Virus record (IMG/VR): IMGVR_UViG_3300020439_000004 | Coordinates: 1 to 64,000 of that record | Strand: one strand, 5' to 3' | DNA: 64,000 bases | From: a virus | Shown here: piece by piece, positions 11,335-20,789 of the stretch | Position numbering within the stretch: position 1 is the stretch's first letter | Layout of the letters: every line of letters begins with the position of its first letter | The notes under the pieces: generated by a model | What the model was told of the DNA's origin: nothing | Database searches by the model: none | The model's input: only the letters and a program-made list of their open reading frames with translations | Made by a program: the position numbers and the translations under genes

Positions 11335-12018
11335 ATGTTAAAATGTATTTTCTTAACTCCGATAGCAAATGGGATTACAGGCAACTTAGTGCCTAATTAT
11401 CTACGATTACAATCTTGGTGTGATAAAAATAATTCTGCTATATTAACTTGTCATAGATTATTTCTAAACTTTGCCCGCAATTACCTTGCAACAGGAGGAA
11501 AAGGATTTGTTGATACCAGACCACCAGATGCAGAATGGTTGTTTTGGATTGATTCTGATGTAAATTTTACAATAGAGCAGGTAGAACAAATACTATCAAT
11601 AGGCGATGAGCATAAGTTCGTTACAGGTTGGTATAGATCAAATTATTCAGATCAAGCTATGGTTGGCAACTGGGATGAAGATTTTTTCAGAAAGCATCAT
11701 CATATGCCCTTTACTTCAGTAGAATGGCTTGATAAAATGGGTAAAGAAGAGCCAAATAAGTTAGTTGAGGTAGATTGGTGTGGATTTGGTTTTACTAAGA
11801 TACATAGATCAATTTTTGAAGAGATGGAATATCCATACTTTCCACTCAATCATGCAAATATAGATGGGTGTGATGACAGAAAAGGCGGTAAATTTGATTT
11901 GAAAGATTTATCCTTTGAGGATGTTAGTTTTTGCCAAAATTGCTATAAAAAGACTGGAATTAAGCCTTTAGTAGTACCATCAGTGAGGTTGCCACATTAT
12001 AAATCCTTTTTTGTTTAA
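11335..12018 (+). CDS. GT-A fold (GT2-like) glycosyltransferase
   Basis: WLFWIDSD (DxD), CGFGFTKIHRSIF and EDVSFC motifs; ATG 11335 lies 6 nt after TATAAT. Confidence 0.75.
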   Translation: MLKCIFLTPIANGITGNLVPNYLRLQSWCDKNNSAILTCHRLFLNFARNYLATGGKGFVDTRPPDAEWLFWIDSDVNFTIEQVEQILSIGDEHKFVTGWYRSNYSDQAMVGNWDEDFFRKHHHMPFTSVEWLDKMGKEEPNKLVEVDWCGFGFTKIHRSIFEEMEYPYFPLNHANIDGCDDRKGGKFDLKDLSFEDVSFCQNCYKKTGIKPLVVPSVRLPHYKSFFV

Positions 12019-12068
12019 ATGTGTGTAAGATTTATTAGAAATAATAATAATTTTAACTATAATTAATT

Positions 12069-12548
12069 ATGCCAGAAGATAATTTAGGAGATCCAATTCC
12101 AAGAGATGAGCCATTTGTGGTTCCTGCAACTCCAGAACAAACATTTGATTCTGTTTGGTTGCGTAGTATTAATATTTATGCACCAAATACAGCAGAGGCA
12201 GCACCAACAGAAGGGAGCATCAATATTGAAATGCTTCCTTATGATGGAGCAACTGAAGAAGTTTTAGTAACTGCTGATAATGAAGGTGCTGAATATATAA
12301 ATGTACCTTCTAGAGTTAACGGAAGAAAGCCTTTTTGGCAGATGATTCAAGAAGTTCCAGAGGCAGCCGCTGCCATGGATGCTATCATTGCTGCTGTACC
12401 TGCTATTAGAACTTGGGCAAATACACCGCCCCCAGAGCCAGAGCCAGAGCCACCTGAGCCATCACCACCAGAGCCTGATCCAGAGCCAACTCCAGATCCA
12501 GAACCAACTCCTGATCCAGAGCCAGATCCAGTTGACGAGGGGGCATAA
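12069..12548 (+). CDS. hypothetical protein with Pro/Glu-rich C-terminal repeat
   Basis: (PEP/PDPEPT)n tail; GTGTAA upstream at 12023. Confidence 0.7.
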   Translation: MPEDNLGDPIPRDEPFVVPATPEQTFDSVWLRSINIYAPNTAEAAPTEGSINIEMLPYDGATEEVLVTADNEGAEYINVPSRVNGRKPFWQMIQEVPEAAAAMDAIIAAVPAIRTWANTPPPEPEPEPPEPSPPEPDPEPTPDPEPTPDPEPDPVDEGA

Positions 12549-12583
12549 GTCAAAGGTTAACGTTTATTTTTGCAAATAAGGTG

Positions 12584-12916
12584 TTAGGATATGTCTTTCT
12601 TGATGTATCCTAACATTTTTATTTGTCCGATTAAACTCATAACGTTAACACAATTTATACTTTCTGCGACTACAGTTAAGGGGTAGTTATGTTCGGTGTC
12701 TAAACGTACACCTTCTTCTCTTTTATCTGGGCTAAGTATTTCTGACACATAGTCATAGAAACCTTTTTTCTTTAGAATCTTATAATAATAGTCTATTTTA
12801 GATTCAGGAGCCTCAATTAGCACATCCATCTCTAAATAAGACTTGGCAGTCATGCTAAGAAATCTGAAATATAGACCTTCGTTTAGAGTTAAATCAGATA
12901 CAACAATCAAGTTCAC
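12584..12916 (-). CDS. hypothetical protein
   Basis: 110 aa ORF; GTG start 8 nt after GTGTAA on the - strand. Confidence 0.65.
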   Translation of the reverse strand: MNLIVVSDLTLNEGLYFRFLSMTAKSYLEMDVLIEAPESKIDYYYKILKKKGFYDYVSEILSPDKREEGVRLDTEHNYPLTVVAESINCVNVMSLIGQIKMLGYIKKDIS

Positions 12917-13002
12917 TATAATTTTTACACAAATATAGCTTAAAAATCGCCTTGATTGAATTTAAATTAATTAAAATTAAGAATAGATCTAGTAATAAAT
13001 TA

Positions 13003-13121
13003 CTTCCAAGAATGAGAGCTAAAGAGCCAAATATAGTAGGATTCATAAAAGTCCCAAGTTTGAGCGAAAAAAAGCCAAATATAGAAAGTCCCAAGTTTGA
13101 AGAGAAAAAAGCCAAATAAAG
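13003..13121. repeat. 37-bp tandem direct repeat (2 copies plus a partial copy)
   Basis: AAAGTCCCAAGTTTGA...AAAAAAGCCAAATA at 13048 and 13085; AGCCAAATATAG also at 13025. Confidence 0.85.
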
Positions 13122-13156
13122 AACTTTAAATTAAATAAAAAAACAAAATAAAAAAA

Positions 13157-13516
13157 TTAATCTGGCAAAACAAATTCTTCTTTTGTGGAATATTTCTTTT
13201 CTTTTCGTTCTTTTATCAACATTGCTTTTGCTAAAATCGCATAGTTTACAATGTCATCACAAGCATCTGTAACAGTCTCATCTGAAACAGAAAGTTCTTT
13301 GTCGTTAGTAAAAGAATTAATTCTTTGTATTTTGTCAATGACACGAATCAAAAGACCTTTTACTGGATGCATACCAATAATTTTGGCTGAGTTAAAATTA
13401 GCAAAAATATCTTGTGCGGTTTTACCACCAGTATAATCGCTGTTTTTCTTTACCATGACTTCCCTGCAACTATTGCAAGTATCTTCGTGAATGTTTAATA
13501 ATTCATTTAAATCCAT
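13157..13516 (-). CDS. DUF1599/nucleotide-modification-associated (MazG-like helical) protein
   Basis: KKNSDY..., RVIDKIQRI and DACDDIVNYAIL motifs. Confidence 0.65.
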   Translation of the reverse strand: MDLNELLNIHEDTCNSCREVMVKKNSDYTGGKTAQDIFANFNSAKIIGMHPVKGLLIRVIDKIQRINSFTNDKELSVSDETVTDACDDIVNYAILAKAMLIKERKEKKYSTKEEFVLPD

Positions 13517-13519
13517 TTT

Positions 13520-13765
13520 TTATTCCTCAGATTGTTCTCGTTTTTTTTGCTCCATTCTATAAATGTGTCTAGTCCACATATCGGCTCGTTCCATAGTTAC
13601 TCTATCAGACCATTGTTTATAAGTACCCATGTATATATAAAAAGGGTATTCTATTACTTTTGTAACAAAGCTTACTATACCTGCAAGAATTCCTAATGGA
13701 ATGCCGATAAGAATAGCTAATAAAAAGATAAATGATTTTCCAAAAAATAATTCTAATCTATTCAT
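13520..13765 (-). CDS. small membrane protein
   Basis: Hydrophobic N-terminal helix; probable start MNRLELFF. Confidence 0.55.
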   Translation of the reverse strand: MNRLELFFGKSFIFLLAILIGIPLGILAGIVSFVTKVIEYPFYIYMGTYKQWSDRVTMERADMWTRHIYRMEQKKREQSEE

Positions 13766-13895
13766 CTTCTTCTTCAAGTCTTTCTAATTCGTTTATTGCT
13801 TGTTCTATTTCTTCGTCTGTCGGATAACGCATTCTATGTTTTTCACTTTCTGGAATAACTCCCATCCAACAGATACTTTTTTCTTCATCTTTCAT
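13758..13895 (-). CDS. 45-aa acidic protein (below ORF-track cutoff)
   Basis: MKDEEKSICWMG...EEEDE; preceded by TTGACA-N16-TATAAT on the - strand. Confidence 0.55.
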   Translation of the reverse strand: MKDEEKSICWMGVIPESEKHRMRYPTDEEIEQAINELERLEEEDE

Positions 13896-13957
13896 AATAC
13901 ATATATTATAAATAGTAAACTGGTATTGTCAAAGGAATTTTTATTCAAAAAAAATAC

Positions 13958-13985
13958 TTGACCATATAAAAAGCTGTAGTAAATT
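13958..13985 (+). promoter_or_regulatory. sigma70-type promoter
   Basis: TTGACC-N16-TAAATT-N6-ATG(13992); divergent from the - strand promoter of 13895. Confidence 0.6.
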
Positions 13986-13991
13986 AGCCTC

Positions 13992-14930
13992 ATGCAAAAA
14001 GTAAACGAAGTCTTCAAAGACGCAATTGGACAGGATTCTGTCAAAAAGACATTGAGTGTCTATATAGATGCTTATAAGAAAACAAATCGTATGCCCTTCT
14101 TGAATTTCACTACTCAAAAGGGTGGCGGTAAAACATTCTTCGCTCGTAAGTTTAGAGAAGCTCTACAGCGAACAGATGGTAGTAGACCTCCAATGCTTGA
14201 GGTCAATGGTAAAACAATAAAAAACGCAAATAGTTTCTTCGAACAAGTTTATCCAGTTTGGATACAGAACAAAGCACATTTGTTTATTGATGAAGGACAT
14301 AATTTGCCTAATGAATTACAGCAGATTTTTCTTTCTGTTTTTAATGTGGATAAGAATCCTATTAGAACAGTTGAGCATGATACTATTCCATACACTTTTG
14401 ATTTTAGAGAAATATCATTCTGCATGGCAACTACAGATCAGCAGAAGTTAGCTGAACCATTGAGAGATCGTCTTCGTGATATTGCTTTTGAAGAATATTC
14501 AAATGAAGATCTATATAGTATATTTTATGATAACATGGAGAATAAAGCAGATATAAAGCAGAGCGTACAGGAAGATATTGTTTCTACTTTTAGAGGTAAC
14601 CCCAGAGATGCGGTTGTTAAAGCAGAAGATTTAAAAACATTCGTTTCTGCTAGATCTTTAAAGGAGATAACAAAATATGTATGGCAGGATTTCTGTAAGA
14701 CTATGGGAATACTTAAATACGGCTTAACTGCTTCTGAGATGTCAATCATAAAAACTCTTGGAGAAAGAGGGGCTATGTCATTGACTGGATTGTCTTCAAT
14801 CACTGGATTCCAAAAAGGAGCTATCCAGAAAGATTATGAAGCAATATTAATCAAGAAGAATCTAATGAAAATAGACTCTAAAAGAGAATTAACTAAAAAA
14901 GGATTGGATCTTGCAAGAGCTATTGCTTAA
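13992..14930 (+). CDS. ruvB: RuvB-like AAA+ ATPase (Holliday junction branch-migration helicase family)
   Basis: IGQD, Walker A variant KGGGKT, Walker B LFIDEGH, ATT, PLRDR, GNPR and a C-terminal winged-helix-like region. Confidence 0.8.
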   Translation: MQKVNEVFKDAIGQDSVKKTLSVYIDAYKKTNRMPFLNFTTQKGGGKTFFARKFREALQRTDGSRPPMLEVNGKTIKNANSFFEQVYPVWIQNKAHLFIDEGHNLPNELQQIFLSVFNVDKNPIRTVEHDTIPYTFDFREISFCMATTDQQKLAEPLRDRLRDIAFEEYSNEDLYSIFYDNMENKADIKQSVQEDIVSTFRGNPRDAVVKAEDLKTFVSARSLKEITKYVWQDFCKTMGILKYGLTASEMSIIKTLGERGAMSLTGLSSITGFQKGAIQKDYEAILIKKNLMKIDSKRELTKKGLDLARAIA

Positions 14931-14938
14931 AATTATAT

Positions 14939-15250
14939 ATGCGAAATAACTATAAGCCCAAAGAAATCATAGTCGCAGGAACAAAGTTTGATATTGTATA
15001 TAAAACAATGAAAGATTTTGGCGAATTAGATTTCGACGAAAGAAAGATTTACGTATCTAATAAAATAAAAGGAGAAGTTCTTTTAGATACAATAATTCAT
15101 GAAGCTGTTCATGTCATGCTTTCTTTCTCAGGGCTTGGTTATATCCTCGAAGATGTACAAACAGAATTAGAGGAAGCATTAGTTCGGGCATTTGATAACA
15201 TAGCAATTCCAATTATAAAAGAACAAATTAAATCTTACTATGAGGTTTAA
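14939..15250 (+). CDS. HExxH zincin-like protein
   Basis: DTIIHEAVH...EEALV. Confidence 0.65.
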   Translation: MRNNYKPKEIIVAGTKFDIVYKTMKDFGELDFDERKIYVSNKIKGEVLLDTIIHEAVHVMLSFSGLGYILEDVQTELEEALVRAFDNIAIPIIKEQIKSYYEV

Positions 15251-15307
15251 TTTTTATTTAAAAAAAATAGTTGACATTAAAAGCGAACCAAGTATATTAG
15301 AAGCACT

Positions 15308-15508
15308 ATGAGAATTACAGTCGAATATGATCACGTTATTCACAATGCTACTCAAACATCTTTTTCTTTTAAAGAGATGGCTATGAAGCACCACGACTGG
15401 CTTTGTGATCAGGGTATTTTATACGAAGGCTATGATGAGTTACCTTTTACAGAGGAGCAGTTCAATGCTGTTATTGAGTATCTGGACAGGAAAAGCCATC
15501 AAATCTAA
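15308..15508 (+). CDS. hypothetical protein
   Basis: Preceded by TTGACA-N16-TATATT (15271-15298). Confidence 0.6.
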   Translation: MRITVEYDHVIHNATQTSFSFKEMAMKHHDWLCDQGILYEGYDELPFTEEQFNAVIEYLDRKSHQI

Positions 15509-15534
15509 TAAACATAAAACTAAAAAACAAAACA

Positions 15535-15747
15535 ATGGGTAGAGGTAGACCAAAAGGAGCAAAGTCATTTGTAAACATTGACATGGAAACACTGAATAAT
15601 TATTTTGGTGCTAGACAGTTTGTTCCAGTAAGTAGGGTTTGGCTTGAAAAGCTAAACATCGTAATTGACGAGAGTCAACCAAACGTAGTAAAAACTTCGG
15701 CTAAACCGACAGAAGGTGAAGTCATATCAATGAACTTAACACAATGA
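15535..15747 (+). CDS. small putative DNA-binding protein
   Basis: N-terminal AT-hook-like GRGRPKG. Confidence 0.55.
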   Translation: MGRGRPKGAKSFVNIDMETLNNYFGARQFVPVSRVWLEKLNIVIDESQPNVVKTSAKPTEGEVISMNLTQ

Positions 15748-16599
15748 GAACTTTACTTGATGCAATTAAATTAGCAGAAAGCGAAGAGATTGATGGTCTA
15801 TGGGCTATCTTAAAGTACAAAGATATTGGTATTATGAGGAAGCTGAAATCTATGTCAGCTTTATTAGATATAGATGATAATAAAGTTATTGATGAAGCTC
15901 CTAAAGACGAAGATAATAGAATAATAGATTTTAAAACTAGAAATCAAATACATAAAATATTATTAGAAACTAGCAAACAAGCTTATGAGTGAAAAAATTA
16001 ATTTTACCTTATTAGGAGGTTGGATTTTAAAAGCAGAAGTTGACGAAGAGAATGAAGTAATTCATGTTACTCTTGGCAATGAAAAGGGGCAAATAGCAAA
16101 AAAAGATTTGTCTAATTACACAGGTGGACACCTTGATGAAGATACAACATCTTACGTTCTGATTAATGAAGGAAGTAATTAAGTACATTGTTCTTGATAG
16201 AAAGAACAGGAAGATGGGAGGATATTCTACAAAATTGCAAATAGGATGTCCTAAAAAAATGGCTATACAAAACGCAGAGCAATCAAACGGAACAGTTTTT
16301 GCGGTTGATGAAGATGGAGACATGAGAGAAGTGTATCCAAAAGATAAATTAAAATGATTATTTCAGAGAACGCACTGTATCTACACGGATTAAAAGATGC
16401 GATTGCAGGTTCTTCAAGTTGTGGAAAGATAATCTACGATTATGAAAAGGTTGTTGCTATTTTTATAAAACAAGGAATGACAGAAGACGAAGCAATTGAT
16501 TATGTTGATTATAATGTAATGGGGATGCAATGCAATGGCGATGGATTTATCATGATGTATGATAAAAATATGATTGACATAGAGGATTTTGAGGAGTAA
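15744..16599 (+). CDS. four tightly coupled small hypothetical genes (15744-15992, 15985-16182, 16166-16357, 16354-16599)
   Basis: Overlapping start/stop codons on the same strand. Confidence 0.6.
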
Positions 16600-16606
16600 T
16601 TTTTAT

Positions 16607-16635
16607 TTGACACCGAATTTAAATTAATTTAAATT
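16607..16635 (+). promoter_or_regulatory. sigma70-type promoter with tandem AATTTAAATT
   Basis: TTGACA-N17-TAAATT-N7-ATG(16643). Confidence 0.65.
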
Positions 16636-16642
16636 AAAACAT

Positions 16643-17018
16643 ATGAAGAAGTTTAAAGTTACATTCAGAGATGAAATAGAAGCAGAATCAGAAGAGGAAG
16701 CGTATAAAAACATTCTTAATTTTTGTGCAATGGTTTACAATAGTTCAGATGTTACAGCTTTTAAATTTGAAGAAATTAAAGAAGATGGCAATGGGCATGA
16801 GATTAGAATGCCTGTAACCCCATAAAAAGTAAATGTATTTTAGAAAAGAGATTGAAGCAATAGCTGAGTTAGCAAGCGAAGAACATCCGATCAAGATTGC
16901 TCATTGGGCTATAAAAAATAAAAAAGAAAGATTAGAACAGGTATTTGATTTTAGAGCAAAAACATTTAATGATCTAGAAGATTACCTTGACTTTTGCGTA
17001 AAAGAACCTATTGATTAG
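16643..17018 (+). CDS. two small hypothetical genes (16643-16825, 16833-17018)
   Basis: First carries an EIEAESEEEA motif. Confidence 0.55.
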
Positions 17019-17019
17019 T

Positions 17020-17490
17020 ATGAATATATTTGCAGTAGATAAAGATCCTAAAATTTCAGCACAGCAGTTGTGCGACAAACACGTTGTAAAAATGATTCTA
17101 GAATCGGCACAAATGCTTTGTGCGGTTTATGACAATGGTACAGCACCATACAAAAGAGCTTTTTACAATCACCCTTGCACCATATGGGCTAGGGAATCAC
17201 AAGAAAACTATGAGTGGTTAATAGATCATGCTTATGCTATGTGTCAAGAATATACGAGACGTTATGGTAAAGTGCATAAATCTATTTACGCTATTGAGTG
17301 GTGCGGTAAAAACTACCACAGATTAAATTTACCTAAGATTGGTTTGACACCTTTTGCTCAAGCCATGCCAGAAGAGTACAAAAATGATTGTGCTATTAAA
17401 GCATACAGAGCTTATTATAATGGAGAGAAAGCATATTTTGCTACTTGGAAAACAAGAAAAACTCCTGAGTGGTTTCAGCCAGTTAAATGA
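17020..17490 (+). CDS. pyrimidine-dimer DNA glycosylase/endonuclease V-like protein
   Basis: MNIF..D.DP..AQQLCDKHVVKMILESAQML...NHPCTIW...FAQAMP..Y..AYRAYY. Confidence 0.75.
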   Translation: MNIFAVDKDPKISAQQLCDKHVVKMILESAQMLCAVYDNGTAPYKRAFYNHPCTIWARESQENYEWLIDHAYAMCQEYTRRYGKVHKSIYAIEWCGKNYHRLNLPKIGLTPFAQAMPEEYKNDCAIKAYRAYYNGEKAYFATWKTRKTPEWFQPVK

Positions 17491-17774
17491 ATTTTTTAAA
17501 ACTAATTTTTGCATATATCAATATAGTAGTTCCTGCTCCTTCAGAGGAGTGGGAGCTACACCATGCAAATACTGAAGCAGTTGGTGGTGGAGATAATCAT
17601 TATCTAATTGTTCATACAAGTGGAAGATGGTATGAAAAAATAGTTGACAAGCAAAATAGACCACTATATATTTCAAACAGCGAAAGTTTTCGCTACATAA
17701 TTTCTTGGGAACAAGATAAACCAATAGTAAAATATAAAGCACCCAACTCTTGGAAGTGGGTAAAACTAAATTAA
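17487..17774 (+). CDS. hypothetical protein
   Basis: ATGA overlap with upstream gene. Confidence 0.55.
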   Translation: MNFLKLIFAYINIVVPAPSEEWELHHANTEAVGGGDNHYLIVHTSGRWYEKIVDKQNRPLYISNSESFRYIISWEQDKPIVKYKAPNSWKWVKLN

Positions 17775-17778
17775 GCGT

Positions 17779-18336
17779 ATGGCAAATATTATTACAAATA
17801 AACTAACAATAAGAAAGGGAGCAAAAAAAATCTTTTCTTCTCTTGGTTCTGAAGTTGCTAATCACACAATAGTAAGCGATGAACTTTACGACATCTTAAA
17901 AAACTTTTCTTTCCAGAAGGTTATAAAGTGCGACCCTGATGATCGTCAGGAAGCTTTTGATAAGTGGGGTTGCCCTAGTGATGCTGAAACTTCTCATGAA
18001 GAGTTTTTAGGTGAAGATGACACTGTTAATCTAATAAATAGTTTTGGTGAGTTCTGTACAGAATGGCATCCGCCAGTAGAAATAGTAAGAGCATTGCAAA
18101 AGAAGTTTCCTGATTATACTTTTGCGTTGGACTTTATAGACGAAGGATTTTGTTTTTGTGGTTCTGTAGATATAAATGGTGAAGAAAATTTCTCAGAGGA
18201 AGAAAAAGATATGAGATATTACGGAGCTTATCTCTTGAACTTATCGCACAAAGAATTAGATGAGTTTCTAGAAGTTGATGAAGAGAATGGTAAAGTCAAG
18301 AATGACATTGATAAATTTATTGAAAAAAACTCTTGA
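17779..18336 (+). CDS. YubB/DUF1281-like ferredoxin-fold protein
   Basis: KWG...F.TEWHPP..IVRAL..KFPD..F.L.F.DEG..FCG. Confidence 0.6.
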   Translation: MANIITNKLTIRKGAKKIFSSLGSEVANHTIVSDELYDILKNFSFQKVIKCDPDDRQEAFDKWGCPSDAETSHEEFLGEDDTVNLINSFGEFCTEWHPPVEIVRALQKKFPDYTFALDFIDEGFCFCGSVDINGEENFSEEEKDMRYYGAYLLNLSHKELDEFLEVDEENGKVKNDIDKFIEKNS

Positions 18337-18361
18337 CCTTGAATTTAAATTAATTTAAATT
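18333..18361 (+). promoter_or_regulatory. sigma70-type promoter with tandem AATTTAAATT
   Basis: TTGACC-N17-TAAATT-N6-ATG(18368); near copy of the 16607 promoter. Confidence 0.65.
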
Positions 18362-18367
18362 AAAACC

Positions 18368-20022
18368 ATGACCTTAAGATATTATTATTCAGAAAAAGCA
18401 GGTACAGTGATTGATACACTGAAAGAACACAAGGATTTAATTATGGAAGCATTCAATCCTATCGGAGATGTATTCGACGAGATGGAAGCACAGTTTGATC
18501 TCATGATTAATGAAGCAGAAAGAATATTAAACGCAAGCAGGAGAATAAAGTGATAGACTTAATAGAAGAAATTAGAAATATTTGTTCTACAAATGTAGAT
18601 GTAGATTGGCTAGAGAATGATGCCAGTGAAGAATTTGCAAGAATTGTTGAGTTAATTGATAACAAAGAAGATGAGTAAAGGTTATACAAACGAAGAAGTA
18701 CAGCAGTGGCAAGATTATGTTAACGGCAGACAAAAGAAGAAATATTATGTTGGCGTTAGCATTCTGAATGTCTACGAAGTAGAAGCTAAAAATAAAGAAG
18801 AAGCAGAAGATATGGTTAGAAATTATTCTAATGAAGAACTGCTTGAGGATCATGATTTTAATATTAACTACATTGACGAGATAAAAGAATGAGCGAGAAA
18901 ACAGACCAAGTAGCCAAAGATGGAGAAACTTATGAGTACGAGTTATTTTTAACTCATGAAGATGGTACAGGCTTTATAGTTGATTGTAGAGAGGATATTG
19001 TAAAAGATGGTGATGTAGTATCATCTGAGTATGCAGAAGGTTTTATTTTTGATAATTATCCTGAAGCAGAGAAAAAACTCAAAGAGATTGAAGATCGACT
19101 AGAAAAACAGAATAAAAAAATATTTGTTACTAATGAAGTAAAGACATTGCATAATGTTCTTGGTAGAAAGATTGAACCAAAAGAGAAACCAAGTCTCTGG
19201 ACAGTAGATCTTAACACAGTGTTTAAAAACATTCTATTTGAATGCACTGAGGATGAGCTAGAACAAAATATTCAAGAGTTTGTTATTAGTGAATTGGAAA
19301 ATTTAGACTGGACATATGAAAGAGCAGATGTTAATGTAAGTAAAACAATGATAAGATCATGAGCGAAGAAAATAAAGAAACAAAGTATTATAGTGCGTCT
19401 TGTAATTTAAATTTTACAGCAGGAAGTTATGAGGAGGCTTGTGACCAACTGCTAGACTATTTAAAAGACTCAGTTACCGATGGAGATGTTACATCTTGGT
19501 TTATAAACGAAGAATAAAAATGATATTATTAAATCCAAACTATTGGGATTGTGAATGTGAGAGTGATTACATCCACAAAAAAGTAGAAACAAATCATTGT
19601 GTTAAGTGCGACACATATGAAGAAGATCAACCAGATTCAAGGCAGGAGGAAATAGATGCAATATAAAATTAAAATATTTGGCGGTATTGATGATGGTAAA
19701 ACAAAAGGATTCTTTAGAGAAGATCAAATACAAAGTGCAATAGCTTTGATGACACAAAAGTACGGAAAAGATTGGGCTTATGATATTATAGAAGCCTGAT
19801 AAAAATTTAAGCCCCCATAACTTAACAACATAAAAACAAATGAGCAATAAAGCATTAGCTACAACAAACATATTAGTCATTATGACTCCATTCCTACTAG
19901 GAGTATTCGCAACCGCTTTTGAGAAGCAAATCCTTTCACAAGGATGGACTGCTATCTTAGGCTTTGTCATGATGGTCGTTGGAATTTGGACTTCATTAAG
20001 ACTAGCAAAACAACCTGATTAG
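18368..20022 (+). CDS. run of small hypothetical genes (18368-18553, 18671-18892, 18889-19362, 19359-19517, 19520-19666, 19656-19799, 19840-20022)
   Basis: Coupled starts and stops; three are below the ORF-track cutoff; the last has two predicted TM helices. Confidence 0.55.
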
Positions 20023-20787
20023 TGACATCTGTTAAAAAAATGAAAAGGAATTTGTCTTTAGGAATATTTATTGGTGCAATAGTTTTTTGCATAATGACAA
20101 TAATATCTAATATTATACATAAAGAACCAGAAGAAAGTCCGATTCCTGATCTTATAATATTGCCACCGCCTCCAGAGGAAGGTGTGCCATTAGATTTACA
20201 TCCTCCTATAGAACTTCATCCTCTAGATCATGATAACGTAGCTCAACCAAGGTTTGAGATAAAAATACAAAATGAAATAGAAGATGAGGTTCTGGAGGTT
20301 GTAGCAACATTAGCGGATGCTAAAGAATATATCGCAGAATATGGTCAATATCATGATGATTTGTTTGTTTATGATAAAGATACAAATGAATTAGTGCTAA
20401 CCAGTAATAAAAATGAATAAAAAATCAATTTTTATTCCAATCTTCCTTTTTGTTTCCTTGTTTTGCAGGGCAGACGATCATTGGGGAGAGGCTCCACCTG
20501 TACCAGAGCTACAGATAAACCATGATATATTTTCTGGTATAGTAACAGTTGGTTGGATGTCTGATTCGACTTTTGATAAGCCTATTTGGTATATTGTAGA
20601 AGTAAAGCAAGTAGATGAAGATAGAGTGGCTGATCCAGAATTCTTTTGGTTTAGACCATTTGTGCCAATACAGAGTAATTTTAATGAGTTTATTACAATA
20701 AGATTGGACTACAGAGATGAGTCTGGTTTAGTAAAAGATTGGACAAGAGCGGAGATGTTCAGAATAAGAGCAATGTGGGGAGCGTAA
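20022..20787 (+). CDS. two predicted membrane/secreted proteins (20022-20420, 20413-20787)
   Basis: N-terminal hydrophobic or signal-like segments. Confidence 0.55.
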
Positions 20788-20789
20788 AT

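Noticed and set aside
12894-13115. 73-aa - strand ORF
   Set aside because: Translation of the 37-bp repeat with a TTG start; overlaps the promoter of 12916.
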